This document shows positions 29,162-40,702 of a stretch of 64,000 nt of DNA, piece by piece. The stretch's first letter is position 1; each line of letters begins with the position of its first letter. The DNA lies in the NCBI GenBank assembly GCA_964348755.1, contig CAYGDW010000002.1, positions 41,937-105,936 on the forward strand, read 5' to 3'. This DNA is from an uncultured Bacteroidales bacterium (GTDB taxonomy: Bacteria > Bacteroidota > Bacteroidia > Bacteroidales > UBA7960). The notes beneath the pieces were generated by a model. That model ran no database searches. It worked only from the letters and a program-made list of their open reading frames with translations, and was not told the DNA's origin. A program made the position numbers and the translations under genes.

Positions 29162-29953
29162 TTAAACGGCAATCGGGGCCTTTATATGTGGGTGGGGGTC
29201 ATAACCTTCGAGGCGAAAATCTTCAAATTTAAATGCAAAAATGTCAGTTACCTCAGGGTTGATGTGCAATACTGGCAAGGGTTTATGCTCACGGCTAAGC
29301 TGAAGGCGCGCCTGATCGAGGTGGTTTAGGTATAGGTGTGCATCGCCGAATGTGTGAACAAAATGGCCGGGTTGCAAATTGCAAACCTGGGCCACCATCA
29401 TGGTAAGCATTGCATAAGAGGCAATATTGAAGGGAACACCAAGAAAAATGTCAGCGCTGCGTTGATAGAGTTGGCACGAAAGTTTACCTTCGGCCACATA
29501 GAAATGAAACAGCACATGGCAAGGGGGAAGGGCCATTTGGTCAATTTGACCCACATTCCACGCACTTACCATTAATCTGCGCGAGTCAGGATTGTTTTTA
29601 ATTTGGTCAATAAGTAGCGAAATCTGGTCAATGGTTCTTCCTGCAGCCTGCCAATTACGCCACTGGGCGCCATAAACCGGGCCAAGATTGCCATCTGTAT
29701 CTGCCCATTCGTCCCAAATGCTTACTCCATTATCGTTGAGGTACTTAATGTTGGTATCACCATTCAGAAACCAGAGCAATTCGTAAATAATGCTGCGCAA
29801 GTGCAGCTTCTTTGTAGTAATGAGCGGAAATCCCTGGCTCAAGTCAAAGCGCATTTGGTAGCCAAACACACTCAGGGTACCCGTTCCGGTACGGTCGGCT
29901 TTTTTGGTACCGTTATTAAGTACATACCAAAGTAGGTCGTGGTATTGTTGCAT
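29162..29953 (-). CDS. thyA: thymidylate synthase
   Basis: [31 protein letters not shown]...[12 protein letters not shown]...[17 protein letters not shown]. Confidence 0.97.
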   Translation of the reverse strand: MQQYHDLLWYVLNNGTKKADRTGTGTLSVFGYQMRFDLSQGFPLITTKKLHLRSIIYELLWFLNGDTNIKYLNDNGVSIWDEWADTDGNLGPVYGAQWRNWQAAGRTIDQISLLIDQIKNNPDSRRLMVSAWNVGQIDQMALPPCHVLFHFYVAEGKLSCQLYQRSADIFLGVPFNIASYAMLTMMVAQVCNLQPGHFVHTFGDAHLYLNHLDQARLQLSREHKPLPVLHINPEVTDIFAFKFEDFRLEGYDPHPHIKAPIAV

Positions 29954-30153
29954 TCGTAAAAATTATTATAATTTAAGGTCGGCGATTGTCTTACCCTCGA
30001 AATGCGAGTAAGGTTAATGTTTACTATATAAGCAATGCTTAACCTTGTAACTGTGGGTTTTCCTTTGCTAAACCAGCAAGATGGTTGTGGCTATTCTCAA
30101 ACAAGCCCGTTACAACCCTTTAAATTAGCAAAAAAACATTATAATACCAAGCT

Positions 30154-31683
30154 TTACCCCAAAATAATCCCAACCATTGTTGCGCTCATCAGTGCGGCCA
30201 GGGTTCCGCCAAGTAATGCCCGCATTCCGAATTGCGAAAGCAAAACGCGCTGGTTTGGGGCCAAAGAGCCTATGCCGCCAATCTGAATTCCGATGCTGGC
30301 AAAGTTTGCGAAGCCGCACAGCAGGTATGTGGCCATTATTATAGACTTCGGATCTGAAAAGGCACCGGCTTCTTTTAGCTCTGCAAGGCTTACGTAACCA
30401 ATAAATTCGGTCATAATAATTTTTTCGCCAAGCAGGCGGCCAGCCAGGGTTATATCTGGAAGGCTTATCCCAATCAGCCACATAATTGGCGAAAAGGCGT
30501 AACCTAAAATAAATTGAAGCGAGAGCCTGTTGAATTGGCCGCTCGAAATATCGGCAATTAGCGGATTGAGGTTGGTCCAGTCGCCGATTTTGCCGGCAAT
30601 AAAGTTAAACATAGCAATAAAAGCAATAAACACCAGCAACATGGCAGCTACATTTGCAGCAAGTTTCAGGCCTTCGGTTGTGCCATTGGAAATAGAGTCG
30701 AGTATATTGCTTCCTATCCGGTCTTTAGTAATTTCAATATTTTCGTCGATGTTTTCGGTTTGGGGCACCAGTATTTTAGAAATTACCACAGCCCCTGGCG
30801 CAGCCATTATGGAGGCCGCCAGCAGGTGTTTTGCAAAAATGAGACGTTGCACTGGATCGTCGCCTCCCAGAAAACTGATATAGGCAGCAAGTACCCCGCC
30901 AGCCATTGTGGCCATACCACCAGTCATTACCAAAAGGATTTCCGAGCGGTTCATATTTGCCAGGTATGCTTTAATCATAAGAGGCGACTCGGTTTGCCCA
31001 AGAAAAATATTGCCGGCAACCGAAAGGCTTTCGGCGCCCGAAATCCGCATAGCCTTGGTCATGAGCCATGCAAGTGCGTAAACTACCTTTTGAATTATTC
31101 CCAGATAAAACAAGAGGCTTGTAAGGGCAGAAAAGAATACTATTGTTGGCAGGACCTGAAAAGCAAAAATAAACCCAAAGGTAGAAGTATCTAAAAATCC
31201 GGCAAAAAGAAATTCGGTACCGGCCTTTGTAAAATCAAGTACCTTAACAAAGATTTTTCCTACAAATTCGAAAAAATATTGCACCGGGGGTATTTTCAAA
31301 ATACTGAAAGCCACCATGGCCTGAATTGCAAGACCAATACCTACCACACGCCAACTGACTGCCCTTCGGTTTGTGCTAAATATCCAGGCTATAAATATTA
31401 ATGAAATCATTCCTGCCAGGCCCCTGAACAGGCCTTTAAAGGAAAACCCCTTACGATAAATGGCTTCTGCTTCACTAATGGTTTCTTTTACGGCTTCGGG
31501 GTCCGAATTGGTCATAGGTTCCGCAGAAACGAGCATCAGGGTGTCGGCTATACCTGTAATAGCCTCTCTGGTCAATGATTCACTATTAACCTCTTGGGCG
31601 GTTGCCAAAGCATTTGAAAATAAAAGCAAGAGTAAAATCAAATATGCCCCATTGGCTTTAAAAATTTTTTTGGCTTTTTTCAT
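30154..31683 (-). CDS. NupC/CNT family nucleoside transporter with N-terminal extension
   Basis: Polytopic membrane protein with CNT-family motifs (GTEFLFAGF, GNIFLGQTESPLMIKAY, CGFANFASIGIQIGGIG). Has a ~90-aa N-terminal extension with a signal-like segment. Confidence 0.8.
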   Translation of the reverse strand: MKKAKKIFKANGAYLILLLLLFSNALATAQEVNSESLTREAITGIADTLMLVSAEPMTNSDPEAVKETISEAEAIYRKGFSFKGLFRGLAGMISLIFIAWIFSTNRRAVSWRVVGIGLAIQAMVAFSILKIPPVQYFFEFVGKIFVKVLDFTKAGTEFLFAGFLDTSTFGFIFAFQVLPTIVFFSALTSLLFYLGIIQKVVYALAWLMTKAMRISGAESLSVAGNIFLGQTESPLMIKAYLANMNRSEILLVMTGGMATMAGGVLAAYISFLGGDDPVQRLIFAKHLLAASIMAAPGAVVISKILVPQTENIDENIEITKDRIGSNILDSISNGTTEGLKLAANVAAMLLVFIAFIAMFNFIAGKIGDWTNLNPLIADISSGQFNRLSLQFILGYAFSPIMWLIGISLPDITLAGRLLGEKIIMTEFIGYVSLAELKEAGAFSDPKSIIMATYLLCGFANFASIGIQIGGIGSLAPNQRVLLSQFGMRALLGGTLAALMSATMVGIILG

Positions 31684-31712
31684 TTTATTATTGGTTTGGC
31701 TTTACTGCCTGT

Positions 31713-31742
31713 TAAAAAAAAACCTGCCTCAAAAAGACAGGA
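31713..31742 (-). terminator. rho-independent terminator downstream of the bifunctional-nuclease gene
   Basis: Minus strand reads cctgtc-tttttga-ggcagg followed by TTTTTTTTT. Confidence 0.55.
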
Positions 31743-31808
31743 TGCAAACCTATTAAAAATTCTTTAAGCAAAACAATATTCTGATGGCTTTTTACTTACA
31801 GCCTGAAG

Positions 31809-32399
31809 TTATTTTTTTGCTGACCGGCGGCTGATTTCGTCCCTGATTTTTGATGCCCTTTCGTAGGCTTCTTCTTGAATTGCAGCCGCAAGTCTGTTTT
31901 CAAGTTCGCTTAGCGAAAGCCCGCTGAATTCTTCGTTTTCCACTTGCTTAATTTCTCTTTCCTGTTCTTGGTTCGGGCTATCCTTTTCATCCTGAAGCAC
32001 CAGACCTGCTTCTTTCAAAATGTTTTCGTAGGTATATATTGGGCATTTAAACCTAAGAGCCAGGGCCACTGCATCAGAAGTACGGGAGTCAATTTCTACT
32101 TCTCGTGAGCCATCGAAACAAATAAGTTTGGAAAAAAATATTCCTTCGCTGAATTTGTAAATGATAACCTCATTTACCATTATATTAAAAGTTTGGGCAA
32201 AATTGCGAAACAGGTCGTGGGTAAGGGGCCTGGTTGGTTTCATTTTTTCCAACACTACAGCTATAGCCTGTGCCTCGGAGTTTCCAATAATTATAGGCAG
32301 CCTGCGTTTCTGGCCGGTTTCGCCAAGAATCAGGGCATAGGCCCCGGCTTGCGCCTGGCTGTAAGAGATCCCTAATATTTCAAGCCTGATTTTCTTCAT
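31809..32399 (-). CDS. bifunctional nuclease (DUF151) family protein with C-terminal UVR motif
   Basis: ILGISYSQAQAGAYALILGE...RRLPIIIGNSEAQAIAV...RPLTHDL, and a C-terminal EEAYERASKIRDEISRR. Confidence 0.75.
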   Translation of the reverse strand: MKKIRLEILGISYSQAQAGAYALILGETGQKRRLPIIIGNSEAQAIAVVLEKMKPTRPLTHDLFRNFAQTFNIMVNEVIIYKFSEGIFFSKLICFDGSREVEIDSRTSDAVALALRFKCPIYTYENILKEAGLVLQDEKDSPNQEQEREIKQVENEEFSGLSLSELENRLAAAIQEEAYERASKIRDEISRRSAKK

Positions 32400-32589
32400 A
32401 ACTCAGGAATACAATCAAAAAATATATAAATTGCAGGCAGAAGCCTCAGGATTGTCTGAAACAAAATTAGGTTAATTTTATGAAAAATTCACGATAAAAC
32501 TATGGGTTAGCCAACAATCCGGCTAGTTTTTTCTATTCACTCAATATTCAGGATATTTTAATAAAAAGCAGAATTAAATACAAAGTCAT

Positions 32590-32619
32590 TTTGAGTTTGT
32601 TAAAATATTTTTACTTTTG
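32590..32619 (+). promoter_or_regulatory. candidate Bacteroidota promoter for hppA
   Basis: TTTG (32590-32593), then 18 nt, then TACTTTTG (32612-32619). It lies 45 nt upstream of the ATG. Confidence 0.4.
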
Positions 32620-32663
32620 GCATAATCAGCAATTAACATTATTCACATTAAAAAGGAAGTCAA

Positions 32664-34868
32664 ATGCCTGATTTTTTTTGGTTAGTACCGTTCAGTTCGG
32701 TTGTTGCCCTTTTGTTTGCCTACATTTTTTTTAAGGAAATGCTTGGCTACGACGAGGGTACAGACATGATGAAAAAGATTGCCAAGCACGTAAGAGATGG
32801 TGCGGGGGCTTATTTGCGCCAGCAATATAAAGTTGTTTTGCTGGTATTTTTAGTCTTGACGGCTATTTTCAGTTTTATGGCCTTTGGTTTGGGTATTCAG
32901 AACAAATGGGTTCCATTTGCTTTTTTATCGGGGGGGGCCTTTAGCGGATTGGCTGGTTTTATTGGCATGCGTGCGGCTACATTTGCCTCCTCCAGGGTTG
33001 CCAATGCCTGCCGGCAGTCGCTCAATAGCGGCCTCAGGCTCGCGTTTCGAAGCGGTGCAGTAATGGGCCTGGTGGTTGTTGGCCTGGTACTGCTCGACAT
33101 TTCTATTTGGTTCGTTGTGCTTAACCTTGCTGTTCCTGATGCCGAACCTGGCCTTAAGCTGCTGACGATTACGGCAACCATGCTTACCTTTGGTATGGGT
33201 GCTTCTACCCAGGCGCTTTTTGCACGCGTAGGCGGGGGCATTTATACCAAAGCCGCCGATGTGGGAGCCGACCTTGTTGGCAAGGTTGAAGCCGGAATTC
33301 CGGAAGACGACCCCCGCAACCCTGCTACTATTGCCGATAACGTGGGCGACAATGTGGGCGATGTGGCCGGAATGGGAGCCGATTTATTTGAGTCTTTCGC
33401 AGGTTCAATACTGGCAACGGCACTATTAGGTGCAGCTGCATTTGTTGGTTATGGAGCTGAAATGCAGTATAAGGCAGTAATTGCACCCATGTTAATTGCC
33501 GCAATTGGCACCTTACTCTCAATTGCAGGCGTTTATATGGTCAGAACCAAAGAGGGTGCCTCACAAAAAGAACTTCTCAAAGCATTGGGGCTTGGTGTAA
33601 ATACCAGTGCTGCTTTGATTGTGGTTTTCTCGCTGATAATTCTTTACTTCTTAGGGTTCGAAAACTACCTTGGGCTGTGGGGTTCCATTGTGGTGGGTTT
33701 ACTAGCCGGAATCGGGATTGGACAATCAACAGAATATTTCACGGCTTCGGCCTATGCCCCAACGCGTAAAATTGCAAGCTCTAGCCAAACCGGCCCTGCT
33801 ACCATTATTATTTCGGGCTTGGGTACCGGTCTGATTTCGGCCGCTGTGCCCCTTGCAATTATTACGGTAGCCATAAGCCTTTCATACCTCTTTGCCGCCA
33901 ATTTTACATTTAGTGTGGATAACCTAAACCATGGCCTTTATGGTATAGGCATAGCTGCTGTTGGAATGCTTTCTACCCTGGGAATTACTCTTGCCACCGA
34001 TGCATATGGCCCAATAGCCGACAACGCCGGAGGCAATGCCGAAATGTCGAAACTTGGCGCAGAAGTGCGCCGCCGCACCGATGCCCTCGACTCGCTGGGC
34101 AACACCACTGCTGCAACCGGTAAGGGATTTGCAATAGGGTCGGCGGCACTTACAGCCCTTGCACTGCTGGCCGCATATTTCGAAGAAATAAAAATGATGT
34201 TTGTGAAGTTTCTTGATATGCCCGACTATCTAATTAATGGAAAAGATGGTGCTGTACAAGCCCAACATGCAAATTTTATCGACTTTATCTATCATTACGA
34301 AATTCATTTAATGAACCCAAAGGTGCTGGTGGGCGTGTTTCTTGGCGTTATGAGCGTTTTCCTGTTCAGCGGTATGACTATGAATTCCGTGGGACGAGCC
34401 GCCCAAAAGATGGTTGATGAGGTGCGCCGACAGTTTAAAACCATACCCGGAATACTCGAAGGAACTGCCGAGCCCGATTATGCCCGCTGTGTGGCTATTT
34501 CGACCAAAGGCGCCCAACGTGAAATGATGTTGCCATCGTTGGTTGCTTTAGTTATTCCGGTTATTGTTGGGCTGATATTTGGTGTGGCAGGTGTAACCGG
34601 TCTAATGATCGGAACCATTACCTCAGGATTTGCCCTCGCAATTTTTATGGCCAACGCTGGCGGGGCATGGGACAATGCCAAAAAATACATTGAAGAGGGA
34701 CATTACGGAGGCAAAGGCTCTGATTGTCACAAAGCTGCCGTTATTGGCGATACCGTTGGCGATCCATTCAAGGACACTGCTGGCCCAAGCCTCAATATTT
34801 TGATTAAACTGATGGTGATGGCTGCTGTGGTAACTGTTGGAGTTGCTGTTTCTTATAGCCTTTTATAA
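32664..34868 (+). CDS. hppA: membrane-bound proton/sodium-translocating pyrophosphatase
   Basis: 734 aa, polytopic. [29 protein letters not shown] and [11 protein letters not shown] signatures. Confidence 0.95.
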   Translation: MPDFFWLVPFSSVVALLFAYIFFKEMLGYDEGTDMMKKIAKHVRDGAGAYLRQQYKVVLLVFLVLTAIFSFMAFGLGIQNKWVPFAFLSGGAFSGLAGFIGMRAATFASSRVANACRQSLNSGLRLAFRSGAVMGLVVVGLVLLDISIWFVVLNLAVPDAEPGLKLLTITATMLTFGMGASTQALFARVGGGIYTKAADVGADLVGKVEAGIPEDDPRNPATIADNVGDNVGDVAGMGADLFESFAGSILATALLGAAAFVGYGAEMQYKAVIAPMLIAAIGTLLSIAGVYMVRTKEGASQKELLKALGLGVNTSAALIVVFSLIILYFLGFENYLGLWGSIVVGLLAGIGIGQSTEYFTASAYAPTRKIASSSQTGPATIIISGLGTGLISAAVPLAIITVAISLSYLFAANFTFSVDNLNHGLYGIGIAAVGMLSTLGITLATDAYGPIADNAGGNAEMSKLGAEVRRRTDALDSLGNTTAATGKGFAIGSAALTALALLAAYFEEIKMMFVKFLDMPDYLINGKDGAVQAQHANFIDFIYHYEIHLMNPKVLVGVFLGVMSVFLFSGMTMNSVGRAAQKMVDEVRRQFKTIPGILEGTAEPDYARCVAISTKGAQREMMLPSLVALVIPVIVGLIFGVAGVTGLMIGTITSGFALAIFMANAGGAWDNAKKYIEEGHYGGKGSDCHKAAVIGDTVGDPFKDTAGPSLNILIKLMVMAAVVTVGVAVSYSLL

Positions 34869-34889
34869 AGGCAGGTATTAAATAATGTT

Positions 34890-34935
34890 AAAAATGCGCT
34901 GGCAACTGCGATTTGCCAGCGCATTTTTATTTTTA
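34890..34935 (+). terminator. rho-independent terminator after hppA
   Basis: aaaaatgcgctggcaa / ttgccagcgcattttt 16-bp stem followed by a T-run. Confidence 0.8.
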
Positions 34936-35172
34936 AATTACATATACGGCAAAATCGCATGAATCCCTGTCATGGCTGCTTATAAAAATACTATTTTATT
35001 CATGGTAATTTGTTGTATTCAACCCGATTTTTGAAAGTAAAAAACAAAGTGCTGATTTTCAAAATAATATGAACAAATTGGTTGAATAATAGTTTGGCTT
35101 TTAGCGGGTTGGTCAATAGTAATTAGCCCCTTCTTTTTCATTATCTTTGTTACCTCATTAATTTTCATTTTC

Positions 35173-36870
35173 ATGAACACAAATCGGGTTACTAACCTGC
35201 GCGAAATGCTGGACAACAGCGCAGCATTGTTTTCGGCACGCCCTGCCCTATCATTTGTAGGTTCTGAACCAATTACCTATGCTGGAGTGGCTATAATGGC
35301 CAAGCAAATTATGAGCTATCTGACCGATAATGGTATAAAAAAAGGCGACCGGGTGGCATTGGTCAGCCAGAATATGCCCAATTGGGGCGTGGCTTATCTT
35401 GCCATTACCGGTATGGGAGCTGTGGTGGTACCAATTCTTGTCGATTTCAGCGAAAGCGAATTAAACAAAATTCTTGACCACAGTGATTCAAAAGGTCTGA
35501 TTGTTTCGGAAAAACTTTCCCCAAAAGTAGGAAAAGACTTGCCTGTTGGAATTGGATTCGGGCTGCTGCTCGACGATCTGAGCCCAATAAGTATTCAGTC
35601 ATTAAAAGCTGAAGGGAAAATTAATCGGGTATCACCATTAACTTTGCAGGCAGTTGAAAGGGATTTTCCTGCCCCTACCCCCGAAGACCTTGCAGCCATC
35701 CTTTACACATCGGGCACCACCGGAAATCCCAAGGGTGTTATGCTTAGTCATAAAAACCTGATTTCCAATGCTATTAACACCCTCAGGATACAAAATATAG
35801 ATACCAGTGATCGACTTCTGTCAGTTTTGCCTTTGCCTCATACCTATGAGTGTACAATTGGTTTTCTGATTCCGTTTATGGGGGGTGCCACTGTGTATTA
35901 CCTCGACAAGCTGCCTACTGCTTCTGTGTTGCTTCCGGCAATGAAACAGGTAAGGCCTACCATGATGCTTACCGTGCCTCTGATAATGGAAAAAATTTAT
36001 AACCTTCAGATAAAACCCAAACTCAACAAAAGCAAGTTTATGCGTACCCTCATGAAAATGAGCTTCATGAAAAAGTTGTTTCATAAACTTGCTGGCAAAA
36101 AGATTTATCAGGCCTTTGGCGGGAGTCTTCATTTTTTTGGGATCGGTGGGGCAAAGCTTTCGGCTGATACCGAAAGGTTTCTTCGAGATGCCGGCTTCCC
36201 GTATGCCATAGGTTACGGCCTTACCGAAACTGCACCCCTGCTGGCCGGTTGTGCACCTTCGCTCACCAAATTTCGCAGTACAGGTTTTACACTGCCCAAC
36301 CAGCAAATCAGGATAATTAACCCAGATCCCCAAACAGGCGAAGGTGAGATTGTTGCCAAAGGGCCAAATGTTATGATGGGCTATTTTAAAGACCCGGCTC
36401 AAACCGCAGAAGTTTTTACGCAGGATGGCTGGTTCAAAACTGGCGATTTAGGCATTATTGACAAAGACGGCTATTTATTTATAAAGGGCCGCCTCAAGAA
36501 TATGATTCTCGGCCCTTCGGGCGAAAATATTTACCCCGAAGAAATAGAAGCAATAATAAACAACGAAGACCTTGTGCTTGAGTCGCTGGTGTATGAAATG
36601 AAAGGCCAGCTTGTTGCACGGGTGCATTTAAATTACGAGGAACTTGAAAAACGCTATCAGCTTGCAAAAGATTCGGCGCACGAATACAAGGAAAAAGTTG
36701 GCAAAGCTGTTGATGAAAAGCTCAAGGAGATTCGCGAAAAGGTAAATTCAACCCTGAGTCGGTTTTCACGCCTAAGCAATGTGGAAGAACAATCCGTTCC
36801 TTTTGAAAAAACGCCTACCCAGAAAATCAAGCGATTCCTGTATTCGAAACAGCAGAACCTGTCGCATTAA
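35173..36870 (+). CDS. AMP-dependent synthetase/ligase (long-chain acyl-CoA ligase-like)
   Basis: AMP-binding motif ILYTSGTTGNPKGVMLSHKNL, plus GYGLTET and WFKTGDLG. Confidence 0.85.
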   Translation: MNTNRVTNLREMLDNSAALFSARPALSFVGSEPITYAGVAIMAKQIMSYLTDNGIKKGDRVALVSQNMPNWGVAYLAITGMGAVVVPILVDFSESELNKILDHSDSKGLIVSEKLSPKVGKDLPVGIGFGLLLDDLSPISIQSLKAEGKINRVSPLTLQAVERDFPAPTPEDLAAILYTSGTTGNPKGVMLSHKNLISNAINTLRIQNIDTSDRLLSVLPLPHTYECTIGFLIPFMGGATVYYLDKLPTASVLLPAMKQVRPTMMLTVPLIMEKIYNLQIKPKLNKSKFMRTLMKMSFMKKLFHKLAGKKIYQAFGGSLHFFGIGGAKLSADTERFLRDAGFPYAIGYGLTETAPLLAGCAPSLTKFRSTGFTLPNQQIRIINPDPQTGEGEIVAKGPNVMMGYFKDPAQTAEVFTQDGWFKTGDLGIIDKDGYLFIKGRLKNMILGPSGENIYPEEIEAIINNEDLVLESLVYEMKGQLVARVHLNYEELEKRYQLAKDSAHEYKEKVGKAVDEKLKEIREKVNSTLSRFSRLSNVEEQSVPFEKTPTQKIKRFLYSKQQNLSH

Positions 36871-36903
36871 TGGTTTTAGGCATTCAATAGTTTCTGCAAA
36901 ATT

Positions 36904-36946
36904 AAAACCCGCCCCTGAAATTGTTTCAGAGGCGGGTTTTTTTATA
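36904..36946. terminator. bidirectional terminator between the acyl-CoA ligase gene and gcvP
   Basis: aaacccgcccctgaaa-ttg-tttcagaggcgggttt, flanked by an A-run and a T-run. Confidence 0.7.
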
Positions 36947-36965
36947 AAGCCAATTACTTTTAACT

Positions 36966-39845
36966 CTACATATAGCTTTCCATTGGTTCGCAGGTGCAAA
37001 CCAGGTTTCGGTCGCCATAGGCATTGTCAATTCGTGCCACTGGGGTAAAATATTTTATTTCGGCAAGCCAGGGCAGGGGAAAGGCAGCTTTTTCGCGGCT
37101 GTATGGGAAGTTCCACTCGGTTGCACTTATCATTATAGCGGTATGGGGCGAGTTTTTTACAACATTATTATCCTTGCTGGCTTTGGCTTCTTCTATTTCG
37201 CGAATCTCGCCTCGAATGGCTACCATTGCATCTACAAAGCGATTAAGCTCTGAAAGGGGTTCACTTTCAGTTGGCTCAACCATAAGGGTGCCTGGTACAG
37301 GAAAAGCCACGGTTGGCGCGTGAAAACCATAATCCATCAATCGCTTGGCAATATCAATGGCATCTATGTCGGCGCTTCGCTTAAATGGGTTGCAATCTAA
37401 AATCATTTCGTGAGCCACGGTGCCATTTTTGCCGGTATAAAGCACCGGATAGTGATCCTGCAGCGATGCTTTGAGATAGTTTGCACTTAGAATTGCCATT
37501 CGGGTGGCTTCTTTAAGGCCGTTGCCTCCAAGCATTTTTATATAGCCATAAGAAATTGTAAGAACCAGTGCGCTGCCAAAAGGGGCTGCTGAAACAGCCG
37601 GAATTCCTCTGTCGCCTCCGGTATTTACCTGGGTGTGGTTTGGCATAAACGGCAAAAGGTGCTTAGCTACCCCAATGGGGCCTACTCCGGGGCCACCTCC
37701 TCCATGCGGAATGGCAAATGTTTTATGCAGGTTCAAATGGCATACATCGGCCCCGCATATTACCGGGTTGGTAAAACCCACCTGTGCATTCATATTTGCA
37801 CCATCCATATAAACCTGGCCGCCATTTTCGTGCACTATTTTATTAATTTCCAGAATTTCCTCTTCAAATACTCCATGAGTAGAAGGGTAGGTAACCATAA
37901 TAGCAGCAAGGTTTTCATTATGCTCCTGTGCTCTTTGTCGCAGGTCGTCCACATCAATGTTTCCGCTGTCATCGCATTTAACTACCACAACCTTCATTCC
38001 GGCCATTACGGCGCTGGCGGGGTTGGTGCCGTGAGCCGAAGAGGGTATCAGCGCAACATTGCGATGGCCCTGTCCACGGCTCTGGTGGTAAGCACGTATT
38101 ACCATAAGGCCGGCGTATTCGCCCGAAGCACCCGAGTTTGGCATAAAGCTAATGCCGGCAAAGCCTGTAATTTCGCATAAATCTTTTTCGAGTTGGCGTA
38201 TGAGCTCGTGGTAGCCCTGGGCCTGATTGGCTGGCACAAAGGGATGTATGCCTCCGAACTCGGGCCAGCTGAGGCCAAACATTTCACTGGCAGCATTAAG
38301 TTTCATAGTGCATGAGCCCAGCGGTATCATGGTGCGGTTAAGTGCCAGGTCGCGATTCTCGAGCTTTTTCATGTATCGCATCATTTCGGTTTCCGAGTGG
38401 TATGAATTGAAAACCGGATGGGTAAGGTACTTGCTTGTTCGGGTCAGTTCATGGGGAATGGTTATTATTTTTTCGTACTCAACAGGATCGCATACAAAGG
38501 CCCTGAAATCTTTGCAGTTAGCTTTTGCAAACACTTCCAGAATATCGTTAACATCGGCCTGTGTGGTGGTCTCATCAAGGCTAATGCCAATATTCTGCTC
38601 ATCGACCTTGCGAAGGTTTATTTGTTTTGCAAGAGCCAGGTCAATTATTTCATTGGCTGTAACATTCGAGGGAAGTTCAACAAGCACAGTGTCGAAGAAG
38701 TAACTGTTGAGTTGCTTGTATCCGTATTTTTCAACTTCGGATGCGAGTACACCGGTAAGTATGTTTATGTGTCGGGCAATTTGCCTGAGGCCTTCAGGGC
38801 CGTGGTATGCCGCATACATACCGGCCATTGTGGCCAGCAGGGCCTGGGCGGTGCAAATATTTGATGTAGCCTTTTCGCGTTTTATGTGTTGCTCGCGGGT
38901 TTGCAGGGCCATGCGCAGAGCAAAGTTGTTGTTTTTATCTATCGAAACACCTATAATCCTACCGGGGATGAGGCGTTTAAACTCATCTTTTGTGGCAAAG
39001 TAGCCAGCATGCGGGCCTCCATACCCCATTGGCACACCAAAACGTTGAGCCGAACCCACCACCACATCGGCACCCCACTCGCCCGGAGGGGTTAGCATTG
39101 TGAGGCTTAGCAGGTCGGCTGCTACAGCAATGCGCACGCTTGCCTCCTGGGCCTTCTTTACAAAAGGAGCGTAATTGGTAACTTTTCCCCTTTCGTTGGG
39201 GTATTGCACCAAAGCGCCAAAAAACATATCGTCAAATTCAACTACTTCTGCACAGCCCGTTACCAGCTCAATGCCCAGGGGTTCGGAGCGGAGCTTTAGC
39301 ACGTCGATGGTATGCGGAAATACACGCATGGAAACAAAAAATTTGTGGGCCCCTCTTTTTGTAGCTTCGCGCGAACGGTTGTTAAAGAGCATAATCATTG
39401 CTTCGGCGGCTGCGGTGGCCTCGTCGAGCAGCGATGCATTGGCAATTTCCAGGCCGGTAAGGTCTGAGATAAGGGTTTGGAAGTTGAGCAGGGCCTCGAG
39501 CCGCCCTTGCGAAATTTCGGCCTGGTAAGGTGTGTAGGCGGTGTACCAGCCCGGGTTTTCGAGAATGTTGCGCTGAATAACGCCAGGCAAAATAGTGTTG
39601 TAATAGCCCATGCCAATAAAAGTTCGGTACAGCTTGTTTTTTCCGGCCAGCTCCTTCATGTGGTTCAGGTATTCATACTCATTCATGCCATCGGCAATGG
39701 CTAAGGGCTTACTCATCCTGATCGATACAGGAATGGTTTGGTCAATGAGCTCATCAACAGAAGATATGCCGATCTTTTTCAGCATCAAGGCCTCATCGTG
39801 AGGGCGCAATCCGTTGTGACGCTTTATAAAGTTGTTGCTAATCAT
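36966..39845 (-). CDS. gcvP: glycine dehydrogenase (decarboxylating), single-chain P-protein
   Basis: 959 aa. [21 protein letters not shown] and a PLP-lysine region [16 protein letters not shown]. Confidence 0.97.
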   Translation of the reverse strand: MISNNFIKRHNGLRPHDEALMLKKIGISSVDELIDQTIPVSIRMSKPLAIADGMNEYEYLNHMKELAGKNKLYRTFIGMGYYNTILPGVIQRNILENPGWYTAYTPYQAEISQGRLEALLNFQTLISDLTGLEIANASLLDEATAAAEAMIMLFNNRSREATKRGAHKFFVSMRVFPHTIDVLKLRSEPLGIELVTGCAEVVEFDDMFFGALVQYPNERGKVTNYAPFVKKAQEASVRIAVAADLLSLTMLTPPGEWGADVVVGSAQRFGVPMGYGGPHAGYFATKDEFKRLIPGRIIGVSIDKNNNFALRMALQTREQHIKREKATSNICTAQALLATMAGMYAAYHGPEGLRQIARHINILTGVLASEVEKYGYKQLNSYFFDTVLVELPSNVTANEIIDLALAKQINLRKVDEQNIGISLDETTTQADVNDILEVFAKANCKDFRAFVCDPVEYEKIITIPHELTRTSKYLTHPVFNSYHSETEMMRYMKKLENRDLALNRTMIPLGSCTMKLNAASEMFGLSWPEFGGIHPFVPANQAQGYHELIRQLEKDLCEITGFAGISFMPNSGASGEYAGLMVIRAYHQSRGQGHRNVALIPSSAHGTNPASAVMAGMKVVVVKCDDSGNIDVDDLRQRAQEHNENLAAIMVTYPSTHGVFEEEILEINKIVHENGGQVYMDGANMNAQVGFTNPVICGADVCHLNLHKTFAIPHGGGGPGVGPIGVAKHLLPFMPNHTQVNTGGDRGIPAVSAAPFGSALVLTISYGYIKMLGGNGLKEATRMAILSANYLKASLQDHYPVLYTGKNGTVAHEMILDCNPFKRSADIDAIDIAKRLMDYGFHAPTVAFPVPGTLMVEPTESEPLSELNRFVDAMVAIRGEIREIEEAKASKDNNVVKNSPHTAIMISATEWNFPYSREKAAFPLPWLAEIKYFTPVARIDNAYGDRNLVCTCEPMESYM

Positions 39846-40055
39846 AGAATGTAAATGGTTTATGATGATTTATTTTGCTGATTGCTGCATTGGTGTGGAC
39901 CCAGCCGGCTTGTAGCTCAAACCAGCCCAAAAGAAGGTTTTTTACCGCTTGGCAAAAGTAATAAATATTGCCAAGTCGATTATTATTAATGCTTTTCGGG
40001 GACTTATTGTTTAGTTTTTTTGTGGATAAATTGTAATTGAATTGACTTATTCTGT

Positions 40056-40092
40056 TTTAAAAAAACCTGCCGATAAAGTGGCAGGTTTTTTT
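40056..40092 (-). terminator. rho-independent terminator after iorB
   Basis: cctgcc (40066-40071) / ggcagg (40080-40085), with an A-run and a T-run on either side. Confidence 0.6.
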
Positions 40093-40674
40093 TTACAAAT
40101 TTTCCTGGGCATATTTTCTGCCTGTTCGCAGGGCCTGCATATTCAGGTTTACAATATCTTCACCTTTGCGTCCAAACAATGTCGTAATTGCATTTTCAAG
40201 TTTATCGAAATCAATGTCGAGAAATGGTGTTGCTGCCCCCAAAACCACCATATTGGCAGCTTTAATACTTCCAAGCTCCACAGCCATGCTGTCAGCATCG
40301 AGGGCTATATGTTTAGGCAAAGCCTTAATTTCGGCCATTAGTTTGTTCTGATCGGGGTAGTTCGAAATATTAATGAAAGGTTTTGTGTTGGTAATAAGCC
40401 ATCCATCCTTTTTCAGATAAGGCAGGTAGCGGAGGCCTTCCATTGGTTCAACAGAAATAATAAGGTCGGCTTTTCCGTAAGGGATAAGGTCAGAGGCAAC
40501 CTCTTTGTCGCTAAGCCTGAGGTGCGATTGTACATCGCCCCCGCGTTGGCTCATGCCGTGCACTTCGGCTTGCTTAAGAAAAAGACCTGCTTCAACAGCT
40601 GCAAGGCCTATGGTGGCGGCAATTGATAAAATACCCTGACCACCTACACCAGCCAAAATAATATCTATCTTCAT
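40093..40674 (-). CDS. iorB: indolepyruvate:ferredoxin oxidoreductase subunit beta
   Basis: MKIDIILAGVGGQGILSIA...EVHGMSQRGGDV. Confidence 0.85.
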   Translation of the reverse strand: MKIDIILAGVGGQGILSIAATIGLAAVEAGLFLKQAEVHGMSQRGGDVQSHLRLSDKEVASDLIPYGKADLIISVEPMEGLRYLPYLKKDGWLITNTKPFINISNYPDQNKLMAEIKALPKHIALDADSMAVELGSIKAANMVVLGAATPFLDIDFDKLENAITTLFGRKGEDIVNLNMQALRTGRKYAQENL

Positions 40675-40702
40675 AACTTTCTTCTTTTTTTTTGATGTAA
40701 AA

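Noticed and set aside
28421-29953. trmD standing alone (not in an rpsP-rimM-trmD-rplS operon) next to convergent thyA.
   Set aside because: The gene-order difference from Proteobacteria is likely normal for this phylum. There is no sequence anomaly.
35019-35216. 65-aa minus-strand ORF in the hppA / acyl-CoA ligase spacer.
   Set aside because: It overlaps the start of the ligase gene on the opposite strand, lies in AT-rich intergenic sequence, and has no recognisable features.
39846-40055. Glycine riboswitch upstream of gcvP.
   Set aside because: I read the minus-strand leader and did not find the conserved glycine-aptamer core segments (GGAGAG...CACCGAAGGGGCAA-like). Only a simple 8-bp hairpin cttggcaa...ttgccaag is present. 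A covariance-model scan would be the decisive test.
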